Below are positions 15,234 to 55,600 of a DNA stretch of 64,000 nt, piece after piece (positions within the stretch are counted from its first letter, which is position 1; each line of letters starts with the position of its first letter). Where the stretch lies: NCBI GenBank assembly GCA_035084275.1, contig CM068746.1, positions 28,458,001-28,522,000 on the forward strand, read 5' to 3'. The position numbers and the translations under genes were made by a program. This DNA comes from Hydrolagus colliei (Eukaryota). Under the pieces are notes generated by a model, which was given only the letters and a program-made list of their open reading frames with translations, did no database searches and was not told where the DNA came from.

Positions 15234-17199
15234 AAATAGTGATACACTACAGGGTCATTTGTAATGCTTCCTGTCTCTCTGGATGAGGAGAATTTAAGAC
15301 GTTGTAATACTGTATAACAATAAATAATCCTTGTATTTGATACAGCGCCTTATCAAGTCTTTGAGCCATCTCAATGCACTTCACATTAGGGGAGTGGGTG
15401 GTGGGTGGCGTGGAGTGGGGGGAAGATGCGGGGCGGGGAAGAGATGTCAATTTATTTTTAATTTGGTAGAATATTATCCAACAGCAGATTTGTGCATCTG
15501 ATTAAAAAAGAGATTATGTTATTGTGTCTCTTTGCCTCCGGCACCTTGATTAGAGTTCTTGTCGCAGATTGTACTTAATCCCAACCTGACGGAAAACGTC
15601 AGTCAGTTATTAGCAGGGACTCACCAAGACACGTGCACTCACTCACACTCACAAAGAGACATGCATAAAACGCACACTGTCATACACACTAATGTAGGTC
15701 AAAGACTATCCCTGCCTCTGATCCTTCAACAGTGAAACTAACTTCATAATAATAATAATAATAATCCCTGCATTGGATGTAGCCTCTGATCACATCATTC
15801 AGGTATCTCAAAGCACATTACAAAGTATAGTGACTGTGTAATTTGGGCACTGAAAAGGCCCACAAACAGCCATGAAGTGAGTAACTGATTTCATCTGGGG
15901 GACCGTTGTTCAGGAAACTGAGAGAGAGAAACTTCCTTCTCTTTTTGAATTGACTGTTAACCTCCACTTGGACAGACACAGACACGGTGAGTGAGGGAGT
16001 GAGTTACAGAGGGAGGAGGTTTGTATTATTGCATGAGATTTGATTGAAGACATTCAGTGAATGGAGACAGATCCCTTATGTTCTCTCTCTGATTAAACTA
16101 AGTGATTTATAGTGCAGAGGTGTGAGTGAAGAGGCAGATGATGGGTTTCCAAAGTGCGCGAGGTCTTTAACTTTGGCCTGAGTGGGCAACAACAACAACA
16201 AAATTACATTTATAGAGCACCTTTCACGTCGGGAGGACGTTCCTAAAGCGCTGACGTGACCTAAGTTTAACATCTCATCACTTCTGATAATGCGGCATTC
16301 CTTCCAGCACTGGACAGTCATCCTGGCCTATGAGCACAAGTCCCTGACATGGGTCTTGAATCCACAATCTTCTGACTCAGAGGCGAGAGTCAGGCGAGCG
16401 ACTGAGCTAGGCTGACAATATGTACATCGAAATAGTTCCCAGGCTCCTTCGACTTCCCTTCCCCCACTTCTATCAAGAGGCTAATGCCGGATGAGATGTG
16501 CCATGGAGTATTTATGAGTATTAATTTTTTCGGACAGAAAGGGCTTCTTCAGATTAGAGGAGACAAACAATAAGACAGGATTAGTAGAGTGAGTGGCCAA
16601 GGGAGACCATTTTGTAGACAAAGGCAATTTTGTTTGTACAGAATTGGGTCATTGTAAGAAAATTCAGCTCTTGGCTGGGTCAGGGTGTTTGGTATCGTGC
16701 TTGTTTATGTGTGTATGTATGGCACAGTATGCTGTGCACAGTTGGCTGCCATGTTTCACCCACAAATATACAGTCAATTCACTTTACAGTACACTTTACA
16801 CTACATTCTGTGAAGCGCTTTGAGACATCCAGACGACGTGAAAAGCACTATATCAAATGCAAGGATAAAAAAAAAATTCTTGAGGGATTGTTATCAGGCA
16901 TTGGAGTAAGGAAACTTGCCCAAGGTTTCACTCTGTCCGGAGTTGAATCCTGGTCTCATGCTTGTAAGGCGAGTGCTCTAACCACTGAGCTACAGGACTC
17001 CAAAAAACATATAGATTCTACAATGAATATTCTATGTCCTTTGGACTAACAACTGTAAATCTACTATTTTATCTAACCCAACCATAACTTTGCAGATTTT
17101 TTATATTTTCAAACGTTTCCAACTTCAGGACGTCCTCCCGACCGCGAAAGGCGCCCCACAAATGTAATTTTATTGTTGTTAAAAGTAACAGGGATGGTT

Positions 17200-17746
17200 T
17201 CCGTTTGTTTCCGTGTCTGCGCGTCGCATTTGAAAACGCTCGATTTGTTCTACATCGTGAAGGGCCAAAATGTTGGAAAACTTACAAAACTTCTGGGTTT
17301 GCTCGTGTCAAAACACAACGCTCGCGACACAACCTGAATCCAGAGTGAGTTTCCACAGCAATTCCATTAGTGGTCTTTTTGCATCTGCATTCTGGGAGCT
17401 GGGGAATCTTCATGTTCTGACAAGTTCCTTCTCCTTATATATATTTATATATATATATATGTGTGTGTGTGTGCCTGATCTTTCTCAGAACACAGCTCAA
17501 CGTGTCAGATTACTCGGTTTGAACGAGGAGGTTTATTTCCAGGGAGGAATGTTACGCCCAGACTTATCATTGGTCCTTTGCTCGGAGAGAGAGAGAGAGA
17601 CTCTCTCTCACACACCCGCACATACCAAATTTCCTGCTTGTTTTCCAGGCTGCCCAATTCCTGGAAACTCTCCCAACTTTCTCTCCCTTTCTCTCTCTCT
17701 CTGTGTTGGTTTGCCTTCCTTCCTCACCGCATTTCAACAGGTGAGT
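17200..17746 (+). promoter_or_regulatory. Candidate AASS promoter and non-coding first exon (donor CAG|GTGAGT at 17740/17741)
   Basis: CpG-enriched non-repeat stretch ending in a consensus 5' splice site. The first AASS coding exon is preceded by an acceptor-like CAG (20900-20902) 9 nt before the ATG. Confidence 0.4.
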
Positions 17747-19339
17747 TCCTACAAACTGCGCTCAAATAAGATCCGCTTTAAAACCCGGGTAATGCAACAG
17801 GTTTGATCGCAGTGTATGTGTGTGTGTGGGGAGTGGAAACTCCTCTGTATCAGCCTTTCCCACTGAGAGGGCTTTGTTTTGCGACCAGAGCTTGTTATTG
17901 TGAAAGCTGGTTAGTTGCTTGTTTGTGTTCAGGGAGCAAATCACTGGTTGAAGGTTTCTCTCTCTCTCTCTCTCTCTCTCCTCTCTCTCTGCTCTGCGGC
18001 CGATGCTGTCACTGACACCAACGCTGACTATAGTGTGACCAAGGCTGTATCTGAAGCGGCCTTACGCTAGTGTCTAACACTGGACACACACACGACATAC
18101 ACTGTCCAGTGTCCAGCGCCGCACACACACACACACACACACTGTATACACACACTACACTATACGCACTGTCCCAGTGTCCAGCACCGCGCACACACAC
18201 TGTAGACAAACACTGTAGACACGATGACAGTGTCCAGCACTACACACACTAAATACACTGTCACACACACTGCGTACATTGTCAATGTCCAGCGTTGCCA
18301 CACACACTGTATACACACACTACACACACTGTCACAATGTCCAGCACTGCCACATACTATGTACTATTGCTACTACTAATAATCCTTGCATTTGATAAAT
18401 GCGCTTTTCATGTCCTCTAGATGTCTCAAAGCCCTTGACAGAATATACTGTAAAGTGAATTAACTGGGCAACATGCGGCAGCCATTTGCACGCAGTAATG
18501 TTCCACAAACAGTCATGAATTGGGTCACCCAATTTTTTTTTGGGGGGAGGGATTATTATCAGGCGTGTGGAGTAAGAAAAACGTGCCCCAAGGTTTCCCC
18601 CTGCTGGGAATGGAATCCAGGTAACCTCACTTGAGAGGCGTTTGCTTGTAAGAAGACATTTAACAATAAATGGGGGAAAAATCCAGGGGTTTTACCCAGA
18701 CCTTCAAAATTCGAATGATATGAAATCGAGACCCTAAATGTTTGTGGTAGTAACTCAGACCTGAAGCAACAGCGTTTAACGTCTATTGACAGATTCCTTT
18801 ATTTGATTGTTATTGAGGCAAGATACTTCGGAGAAAAGGAAAAATGTCTATTTCCAATAGGGATTCTCTGCACTGCTCATTTTATCAAACCACACACACT
18901 ATACACACTGTCACTGTGTCCAGCACTGCACACACATTGTGACAGTGTCCAGCCACCCAGCACGCATACATACACTATAGCCGTACAGTACACACATGCA
19001 CAATATACACATAGACACACTACAATACACTTTCATAGCATCCAGCCTCTCAGAACACACACTGTACACATCATATACACGCACTATATACACTGTCAGA
19101 GCTACCAGCATCCGAGCACTCATGTACCCATACTTTCTTTCTTTCTCTCTCTCACTCTCTTTCTCTATACATTGTTCTCCCGATGTGAAAAGCAATCTAG
19201 AAATGTAATTTTGTTATTGATTTTATGGTTATTGTTCTATGAAGCGCTTTCAGATGTCAAGAAGATGTGAAAAACGCTATATCAAATGCAAGGATTATTA
19301 TTATTAATTAATCAACCACCAGCATTTCATCTTGGCCAG

Positions 19340-19990
19340 TGTTTTTTCCTCGCCCGCAACCTGGTACCCCAATGCTCCATCCTTGGCCTCCTTCTTTTCC
19401 TCATCTACATGCTCCCATTTGGCAATGTCATCTGTAGACATGGGATCAACTTCCACAAGTATGTGGTTGACACCCAAATCTACCTCTCCTCTAGTTGCGG
19501 GTACCAGTCTACTGATGTCCTGTCACCTTGTTTGACAAACATGAAGGACTGGAAGAGCACAAATTTCCTGCACCTGAATGTCTGCAAGATGGAAGCTATG
19601 CTCTTTGGCTCCCAACAAAGTCTTCCCTGACTGTCTGAACTCCACAACCTCCCTGGGCTCTCCCTCAGACTCTCCAAGCCCGTTGCACAACTTAGGTGTC
19701 AGGTGTGATCTGCAGCTTTCCCTTCTACCAGATTAATTCCCTGACAAGGACCCCTTTTTCCATTTATGTCACATTGTCTGCTTGGTTGTGTATTTCACGA
19801 CCAATGCAACTGAAATCCTTGTCCTTGTGTCCTGCCTGGACTATTCCAATGCCGTTCTCGCTGGTCTCCTTTGCTCCACCATACACAAAATCCAATTAAT
19901 CTAAACTCTACCCTGGATAATCACATGCACACAAAAACACAGTAACCCCATTACTGGATTGAATTCAAGATCCTTTCACTCGTTTCCAAA
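19340..19990 (+). mobile_element. L2-clade LINE RT fragment
   Basis: VPQCSILGLLLFLIYMLP..GINFHKYVVDTQIY..NFLHLN (degenerate YADD region). Confidence 0.85.
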
Positions 19991-20399
19991 GGTGGATGAG
20001 GATGGTATAGTTGACTGTGTTAAACCACGCCTTCACACAAATAACAACAAAATTATATTTGGAGCGCTTTTCACGTCAGGAGGACGTCCCAAAGCACTGG
20101 AGTGAGTGACTAATGAAACAGCCATGAAGTGAGCGACCAATTTTGTGGGATTGTTGGCCAGGACATCGGGAGAGTGAAACTCCCTTCTCTTTTCCAATAG
20201 TGCAACAGGATCTTTATCAACCACCTGAACAGACACAGATGGGAGCTCGGTTTAACATGTCATCTGAAGGATTTTATCTGTGACAATGCAGCGTTCACCC
20301 CAGCACTGTATTGGAGAATCTGCATAGACTTTGTGAGTTCAAGTTTTGACATGAGATTTGAACCCACAAACTTCTAGCTCAGAGATGAAAGTTCTACTG

Positions 20400-20875
20400 A
20401 CTGAGTCAGTCTGACACACAAGGGTCGTGTTGACACATGCACTGAGCCAGGCTGACATACAGTGAGCCAGGCTGATATGCACAGAGCTAGCCTGAGCTAA
20501 CAAACACTGAGGGGAGCTGACACAGACAGCTGAGCTGACAACAACAACAACAAAATTACATTTATAGAGCGCCTTTCACATCGGGAGGATGTCCCAATGC
20601 GTTGAACAGTCAGGTCGGGACCCGAGCAAGGGAGAGGGGCAGGGTAGGGGTGGGAGAGAGTTAGGAGGGGAGGGCAGTTGGGAGGTAGCAGAGTGCACAC
20701 ACAGAGCTGGGCTGACACACACGGAGCTGGGCCGATGTGAACCGAGCTAAGTGACACACACTGGGCTGACACACATTGATTGAGCTGGGCTGATGCATTC
20801 CGAACCAGGCTGACACACAATGAGGCAGGCTGACACACAATGAGGCAGGCTGACACACAATGAACTGACCTAACC
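20400..20875 (+). repeat. Degenerate ~20-bp tandem repeat (GAGCCAGGCTGACACACA)
   Basis: Repeated GCTGACACACA units up to ~30 nt before the first AASS coding exon, interrupted by a short L2 tail. Confidence 0.75.
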
Positions 20876-20911
20876 ATACCGTCTTTGACTTGTTCGAAGC
20901 AGCTCCTGACC

Positions 20912-46243
<25,332 letters not shown>

Positions 46244-49200
46244 AGACATTAATGACGTGAAGATCACCCCATACCAGACTTACTGTTGTTTTTCTGGAGA
46301 GCTGATGTCTAGTGGGGTGGGTGGGGGTGTGCTTAATGTATCTGAAGCAGTCCCTACTACTGTAACCATATGCGTAAACGCTCCAGTTATCCTGCACCAC
46401 ACCTTCATTCATTCTGATATTTAAACTGATTCCGAAGTTTTTTTTTTACTGATTCCTGTTTAATCTTAATTAATTAATTAATTAAAAGAAAATGTAAGGA
46501 TTATTAATACTATATTATTATCATAATCCTTGCATTCAGTACAGCGTCTTTCGCATTGGGAGGATGTCCGACAGCTCTTCACAGGATTCACTGTAAAATG
46601 TAGTTTTATCATGTAAATGTGTTTTTTTTGCAGGTGAATGGTGGGGCAGCCAGTTTTGCGCACAGAAAAGTCCTGTATTATTGGGTGGGGTAGTTGTGAG
46701 TGAGGATGAGACCAGGGATGGCAGGAAGGATGAGAGAGGCCCTTTGTTTCCCCCTTCTGGAAGCTCACCGGTAGGGGGGGATGGGGGCAAGCTGGTCAGT
46801 GCTTCACTGATTGATTAACAAAGCACAGTCACAGTGAATCCTGTGAAGCACTTTGATACATACTCCAGATATGAAAGATGCTGTATCAAGTGGGAGGATT
46901 ATGATTTTTATTATGATGATTATGATTGACCGTCCTCTTGTGACATTAAAGCATGTTTAACACTGTCTGTTCCACCCAAAAAATAAAATAATCACAATAG
47001 CTGTTTTGCTACGTGAAAGGTGCTATACAAGAATAATTTTGTTGTGATTGCACTCACTGAGGTTGTGGATTCAAACCCAACGATAGGAACATTGAGATCA
47101 CGGTCCAGGCTAATTCTCCAGTGTAGTGCTGGAGGTGCTGGGGGATGCCCTTAGTGGTCAGAGATACTGTGCTTCGGATGAAACATTAAACCAAGGTCTC
47201 ATCTGTGTCTGTTGAGGCAGACATTAAAGGTGCTGTGATAAGAGAAGGGAGTTTCTCCTGATCTCCCAGTCGCTGATTACTTGATGGTTGATGTCACAGT
47301 GGCTGAGGAATGCAATTAAGATCAGTGCTCTCCTATAGCCCTCTATTGCCTCCCTATCTCTAGGCTGTAAAATCACATAATTCTAGTTGAAACATTTCAC
47401 CCAAAGCTAATTTTTTTTAATAAAAAAAATTCATTTCTTCCTCCCTCAATGGAGGGTCAGAGACAGACCTATTCCACAGACTCACGTAAGAGAGAATTCC
47501 CCAAATCGACACACAGATCTCAAATCCAGAACTCCCCCCCACCCTACCAAAGCAGCAATCTTTCCAACCATTTAAATAGTCACTGACAAACTTATCTCCG
47601 CCCCTGCCTTCAATATCCTCCCTATGCCTTATCAGAAGCTACTGACATCTTAGGTCACACTCACTGTATTCCCTTCCTCCTACACCCCTCTATTCTCCAT
47701 CTCCACCACTTTATTCTCTCACCTCATTCATGCACTGTCTCTGGACCTACTTCTGATTGCACTTTCAGACATGGTTCCACCCAGTTTGGGTACCCAACAG
47801 GTAGTGTCCTGTGCTGTAAGGTGATGTGAAAGATGCTGCATACATGTAAATTGCATTGTGTTGTGCATCCACTTTCTTGAATGTAATGATGCCTTATGCT
47901 TCAACCAGTAGGCATTTGCCTACAAAATACACAGTTACTACACGTTGTGACGGTCGCTATACCATTGCAAGTCATTGCTGCTTCAATTCGCTCCAAGATG
48001 TCTCAACAAGATCGTGTCCATATTGAATTGGACAGCATACAACGACTGTCAAGTGGGCCTCAAGTAGTGCCCTGGGCAAGGTGCACAAGATACCCAACAT
48101 GTACCGTGACACATGTTTTCCTGTTTACAGTACACAAGTCAGATTGAAACACCAAGCTAGTACAAAAGAAACCCTGCTTTATTATTTTTTTTCCTTTGCA
48201 GAACTGGAAATAAGTTTAAATGTTAAAAACAATTGTTTCTTCTTCTTCTCTGTCTCTCTGGTTCTATGTGAAAAGTGACCCCAATTTGTAATTCTGACTA
48301 CACATTAAGTATCAAACTGCTCGGCAGGTAACAGAATATTAGAGGGGCGGGGGGTCGGGGGGGGGTGGAATTACAGTACAGATTTAAGTTAGTCTGCTCT
48401 GTATTGCGTAAAATTATCTCCGCAGAGGGTGATTCACTCTGGAACCCTGGTACTTTGAAAAATTAAACTCTCTACATCTACCGCATAATTCGCTGTTACA
48501 ATCCCATGCTGTTAAACTTTTGAAATGATATCAACTAACTCGCCCCACAACATATGGGTGCCTAAATCCGGGGGGCGCGTTAAAGCAAAGCAATTAATTA
48601 AGACAACTTGTCATCGTGACCTCAAAACATAACACCACAAAAAAAAGGAAGACTTAGAAAAAGCCTTTCGTAGTAAAATATAAAAGTCTAGAATTGTGAA
48701 TGGTGATTCTGTTGCGTGAGCTTGCTCTATTTACATTATGTATTAGAAGATTAATCACTTTTTAAAATAATGTCCACATCATTCTGACGATTCCATTCTG
48801 ATCAACCCGAATTAAGGGGGCTGTGGTTCTGTCTGGTTTCTTTGCCTTTTTTCTGGCTTGCTCTCCAAGTCGCTTGAACGTTGGCTGTGAAACCTCGATG
48901 GCTGGAAAGCAGAGCTGATGAGGGGAACAACCAGACACAGAGAGAGAGATAGAGAGGTAACCTTGGGGCAGATTTTACTTGGAGGCATTGGGGAAGATTT
49001 GGATGAACATTGATCCTTAACCTTTTAATACGAGGTCTCAAATCATGTCTGTCTATTGGACAAATCTGACCTGAGGATGCTGGCATCATCATCATGGTGG
49101 TCACAGTTTATCAGAAATAAGTTCCTAGCTTCCAAGCTAAGAAATGTTCGCATTCAGTAGTGAGATAGAATCAACTTGGCTGTAAGTAGGGTGGATTTCA

Positions 49201-49600
49201 CGCTTCCCAGTGGGAGGGTACAGCAACTGAGCGGAATATGTAACTGCAGCAGACAGAATGATTTTATGCTGACAGTGAAGCAATACCCTGGAGAACTGAA
49301 GGCCCACCTGGCTCAGGAACTGGATTAGCGGCCATCACAGAGGGTGGACTCGATTCCGACATTCAATTGTTAAGTACTGTATATCCTTGGAGATAGCTCA
49401 GCCCCGAAGAGACTCTGCTTACTCTTCTCCTGACCCCAACCCCACGTGAAGGAAAATCTATGGATGAATTTGGGAATTGCCTCAGTGTGCAGACAAGATA
49501 AGGGCAGTGAACAAACAAGGAACTTGTGTAACCTCTTGCTGAGATCTTAAAGAGGTTTCTATCTTTCTCTGTGTGTCATGAGAAAACATATGAAGGACAG

Positions 49601-52600
49601 TTAGACCAACGATTCCATACTCTCAACTCTGTTGCGTTCCTCTGTGGTCAGGGCTAGGCCATTGTCCAATGAGCTTCCAGGATTCAAATCATCTTGGTTG
49701 CTGACCATGCTGAGAATGGCAGTGTATAAAAACTGGTACTGATCCTATTGATACAGATCACATGAGATCAAAGACAAATTCATAGCAGCATAAAGTGCCC
49801 TCATTTTTTGGGGTGGAGGGAACAACCCAGGGCATTCCAGCCCAATGCAACCCAGCCCAATATAATAGAGCCCAACCCAATACTACTCAGCCCAACCCAA
49901 CTCGTGCCAATCAAGTCTAGCCCAGCCCAACTCAACAGAGCCCAATCCAACTCAGCCCAGCGCAACCAAATCCAGTCCAACCTAGCTAGCTAGCCCAGTC
50001 CAACCCAGACCGGGGCAATTGAACCCAAACCCAGCTCAGCTCAATTCAGACCAATTCAACCCAGCTCATTGGAGCCTAACACAATACGAACAACTTACAT
50101 TTGTAATATGCCCCTCACCCAGTGTGGTATCCCAGTGCGCTTACCAGCCCACCCCACTCCAACTGAGCCTAACCCAACCAAGCATCAGTCTGGCGGGAAT
50201 TGCAGTAACTTACAATGTGGGTGAAGACTCCAGGCCGCATCAGATTGATGAGTTTTGCCACTTGGTAAACATCCACCATGTTCTCGCTCTCCAGCTTGGT
50301 AATGAATGTTGTCAGAGCACAGAATGTGCCGGCTGTGACCCCCCCATGCCTGCACAGAACACGCGATGAGAGTCAGAGACATTCTTATTAGTTATTCCCT
50401 CTCCATCATTCTCCCTCCCTCTCAATCCCTCGCTCCTCTCCATTACTCCCAATTTCTCTCCACCACTCTCCCTGTTCATCATTCTCCCTCGCTCTCTCCA
50501 TCTGTCTGTCTCTCTCTCTCATTCTGTCTCTATCCCTCTCCATCTCTCACTCCCTCCTTCACCCTGTGGAGGCCAGGGCTAATTGAGCCTCTGAAAACTA
50601 ACTGTAGAAACGGATGTTGTTATCCTATTTGAATGGACTTGTGACAGGTCTAATTTGCGAAAATCCCTAATGGATTTTTAATCAGTGAATCAGGGAGCCC
50701 AAGTGTCCCAGGCTGACCTCTGGGAATTCCATTCAGACACAACATTCAGTTCCATTCCTACTTTCAAGAATTGCAACAACAACAACAGGAATTTGCACAT
50801 TTCTTGTAAAGCATTGTCTCAACACATGATAGAGGGAGCCCAAGATGTGTGGGAGATCTTGCAGGATGAGTGGGGCGGAAGAGGGCTGGGTGGCGATGTG
50901 AGGTTAAAGGATTCCTTAAACAAAAGCTCAAAATACTGCAGATGCTGGAAATATAAAACGAAAACAGAAATCGCTGGGAACACCCAGCACGTCAGGCAGC
51001 ATCTATGGAGAAAGGAAAAGTGAGTCAACGTTTGAGGTCCACAACCCTTCATCAGAACGTGAGTGAGGGGCAAGATGGTTGGATAGCTGAACAGATGGAG
51101 TGAGCAGGGCAGAAGGAGGAGAAGGGTAGGATGAGCTATTTCTCCTTTTGCCAATGTCGCAAAGTGGACCGGGATGAAGAGTGAATGCATTGGCTAAATT
51201 AATTTAGTGTCCAAGGTCTTTGTAAACAATTCAGAAAAAAGTTAAAGAAGACTCACTCATCATGGACTACAGTTGGCCCATCTCTTGTTGCAGCTTCTTC
51301 TCGTATTATGTTGATGAGCTCAAAGGTTTTGCTGATGGGCCCGTCTGGGTTTGGCCATTTGGGAGTCTGGTAATGTCTCACCTCAAGCACATAATCATCC
51401 TGTGGATTCGGAGAACAGTCGCTGTAACCTGGGTTAGTCACTAGATGGCGATTAGGATCTGGGGAACAGGTAGAATAGTGGTTCCCAACCTCGGGTCCCG
51501 ACCCAAATCAGGATCCTCAGTAGGGTTGCGAAGAGTCATCAGAATTATTTTTTTTCCTTTTTGTAATGTTGAGAATGCTTTATAATGGATAAAAAAAAGC
51601 TTTTAATGCTTAACAAAAAGCTTTTAACGCTAAAAAAAAAGCGTTGACCAATTTGTAAAAAGAGCGTACTTACGGGTTGCACTGAATCCACAAAACAGAC
51701 GGAGATAACTTTTTGACTGAGCTGAGCTGAAGTTACGATATCGCCCTCTAGTGGTGGGAGGACAGGTTGAAGGCTAATTTGGGTCGCAGCAAAAAAAGTT
51801 TGGGTCGCGAGGATCTGCTGATGGTTAATTTGGATCACAGCAAAAAAGGTTGGGAACCAATGAGGTAGAACAATTGACTGAAAAAACTGATCCCCAGCTC
51901 AGGTCAGAAACACTGTTTTCCACCACCTTGGGACGTTCTCACACGTGAAAGGCGTTTTACAAAACATAATTTTGTTGTTGTTAAGCGAATTTCAGTTTGC
52001 TATGCTGTAGTAGCCTGTAGAGTTTTGAATTGTCAAGTCTACAAAGATGACACAAGTCATGCAAGAAAATAATTTAGACTAAACTCTTTGAGAGAATTTT
52101 TTCATGAAACACCCATTGTTCTGGGAAGATTAAAAAGGGAAGACGGAGGCCGTTGGCCCAGTGTGGCTGTTTTGGCTCTCTGAGATTATCCATTTAGTGG
52201 ATATATGTCTTTGCCATTGGAAAAGAGAGGGAGATTCTCTCTCCCAGTGTCCTGGCCAACAATCTCCAGAAAACATCATGAGGTACTTTGAGACAGGTTA
52301 ATGTTAACGTTGTCAGCATCAAACATGATGGTTATAATAATATTCCTTGTACATAAAAGGCCGTTTATCTGGCATCCTCGGGACCTGGTCAATGCTGGTT
52401 GAAGCATGTGCCGGATATTCGGCCGAAAATGCAAAAAAAAGGAAATTAAAAAAAAAATTAATGCATTTTTCCAGATAAATTCCGATTAATCGAATGTGGA
52501 TCTTTTTTTTGCGATGCCGGTTATACGGAAGTTACCGTTGATCGGTTGCCGGATAAACAAGCTTTTACTGTATTTGATTAAGTGCTTTTAACGTCATTGA

Positions 52601-55600
52601 AATGTCTCCAAGTGCTTCACGGTAAATGCGGCAGCCAATTTACGTGCAGGAATGTATCACAAACATCCATGAAGTGAATGACCACTTTTATTTCAGGTTA
52701 TTGTAGACCAGAGCACTGGGAGAGTGAAACTCCTTTCTCTTTTCCAATAGAGCCAAAGGATCTTTAACATCCACCCGATCATGCAGACGGCATCGAGTTT
52801 TAAGGTCTCATCCGAATGACAGCACCCTGAATATACAGCACTCTTTCCTATTACTACACTGGAGTTTCAACCTAGCCTAGGTGCATTTAGAATCCTATCA
52901 GCAGATCTGATTGCATTGTGTTGAGACAGTCAATGAGTCAGGCTGCCAACATGAAATTTCACTTGTAAATTGATAGTGGTGAGAAGCTATTTTCCAGGAG
53001 TCTTGTGGAGTGAGAGAATGGGAGAGATGACAGCGATAGCAGATGCTGTGAGAGACAAGCGCATTCAAAGTGGTTTCATAAATCATCAGAGGTAAGTTAC
53101 CAGGAAGCAGACAAATCTCAGGTAAGCTAGCTGCACATAACTTATTTGACTCCACAGCTCAGCACGTGACAGGCTTTCCTCGTCTAAGTACTCTGCCCTT
53201 AATAACTGTTGTACACAGGGTAAATCCTCTGTCACAGTCACTGTTAAACACAACCAAATAACAACAAAATTACATTTCTAGAGCGCCTTTCACGTCGGGA
53301 GGATGTCCCAAGGTGCTGGAACACAGGGTAAATGAATAGAGAGCGAGTCATGGCTTCTTACCTGTGTTGCCTCCAATATGAAATCCTGTACAATGAGTGG
53401 CTCCTCGTTGGCCAGACACACATGGCTCTCTCCGATCAGCCTCACTGTGAACGCCTCACAAGCCATCGCTTCATCCTTCTGTGGCCAGTAAATGCATTCG
53501 TCTGTCTGAAATGCATTAGAGTGACCAAGTTGTTAATCTATACAATCAGCAACCAAACCTTCCACTCACTCCCAGATCATGCTTCACAGTCTCCCTATCA
53601 CCATACCATTTTACACACCTCTAAACGTCCCCTATCTTAATAATAATAATAATAATCCTTGCATTTGATATGGTGCTTTTGACGCCTTCTATATGTCTCA
53701 AAGTGCTTCACGGAATATACTGTAAAGGGAATTGACTATATATATGTGGATGAAATGCGGCAGACAGTTGCGCACAGCAGTTTGCCACAAACAGTCGTGG
53801 ATTTAAATAACCAATTTTTTATTTTGGGGGGAGGAATTATTGTTAGGCGTGTGGAGTAGGGAAACTTGCCCAAGGTTTCTCCCTGCCTGAAACTGAACCC
53901 AGGTCTCTCGCTTGTAAGGCGAGTGCTCTAACCACTGTCTTCTATCAAGATTGAAGAGCCAATTGTCAAAACTTCTCAAAGCACTTCACTTAGTTTTTTC
54001 CTATGAAGTGTGGTGACTGCAGCGTGTTTTGTGAGGAAATGTGGCAGTCAATTTGCACTAAGCAATAACCCACAATAGTCAAACCAATTTTATTTGGGGG
54101 ATTGTCAGCCAGGACAAGGAGAAATTTCATTCTCGTTTGCAAGAGTGCCTCGGGATCTTTAACATCCACCTGAACAAGTACTGATGGGACCTTGGTTTAA
54201 TGATTGTGGGATGTGGCAAATTGGCTGCCACATTTGCCTACAAAATACACAAGGTCATTACACTTTGCAGTAAAATCTGTTGAAACACCCTGAGATGTTT
54301 TAACGAAATGATCTGAAATGCGAGGATTATTATTATATCATTATCGGTAAAGACGCCAATCAATCTCACTTTTCAAGAGTTGGAAACTTTTACTTTTGAA
54401 CCCAAATAAATGGTGTCATTACCATCCCCTGACTGTCCGGCAGCATCACAATGATCTGAGCGTTGTGATCCCATATGGTCTTCCAGAAATCTCGCATTGT
54501 GTGCGGCAGTGGGTGTTGGGTGATGATGAACTCGTTGCTTTGACGGAATCCCTGAAAATTAAATTTGAAAACGCTCAACAAAAACAGCAGAGTGCATTTA
54601 TGTCGCACCTTTCAGGTCAGGGGATGTTCCATGGTCCTGGACAGTTGAGGGTTTGCACCAGAGCTGCAGGTTGGGATCAGACAGGGGTGGAGGGCAAGGG
54701 GATGGAATGGAACAAAGACCAAATGGTCAATGAAGATGGTCTTGAGATGGGCCTTGAAGGAGGCAAGGAAGGGATGAGGTAGAGGGGCTCCAGTATGGAG
54801 TTCCAGAGTTTGGGGCAGAAGGCCCAGTGGAGTAGGGGACATGCAGCAGGCCAGTGCCTATTGAGTGGAGGGAAGGGGCGGTTTCGTAAGGTTTTAGAAG
54901 GTGAAGGAGGTAGGGTGGGGCAGGACTGTTAGCTTGCTCCAGGTTTAGGTGAAATGTTAGAATCAAATCCAGCCTCTGTGATCATCTCTAGTAAAGTGTG
55001 TCAAACACCCAACGATCACAATGGGCACTGGGATACTCACCGCTATAAAAGAGGCGTTGATGTAGTCTGACTCATCGGAAGATGCTGTGGTGAGACAGAC
55101 CCTCGATTTCTCCACTGCAATAAAAATACACGTCACTTTACAGCCAAATGGTTACGTTTTACATCAAGCACATTTCTATAAAGACCCCACAATGAACATT
55201 CTGATAGGACTATGGTTTAACCAAAGGACGGCACCTCCAACTATGCAGTGCTCCCCTCAGCATTCTACTTGAGCCTCAACCTGAATTGTGAACTCAAAGC
55301 CCTCAATGGGGTGGGGGCGCGGGGTGGTGTTAGAGGGTGGATCGGGGTCAGGGGATGGATACTAGTGAATACTTAAAGGAAAGTGAAAAATAATGCTCTT
55401 ACATAACAATACCCATCCCCCCACATACACACCCTTGCACCCCCTTGCTTTGTGCACCTCCCCCCACTCCCCTCTCCAGACCTCATTCAGTCAGTTGTTG
55501 GGCAATGTAAAGGTACCAGGAATTATAGATGAGTTTCTGTTCTTCTCTCTGTTACCCGACTTCAGTGCAGTGGAGTAATCACACTGCTTGGCATGAGATT

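Noticed and set aside
20400-20875. CRISPR-like repeat/spacer array
   Set aside because: The units are degenerate and contiguous with no unique spacers, the context is eukaryotic, and there are no cas genes.
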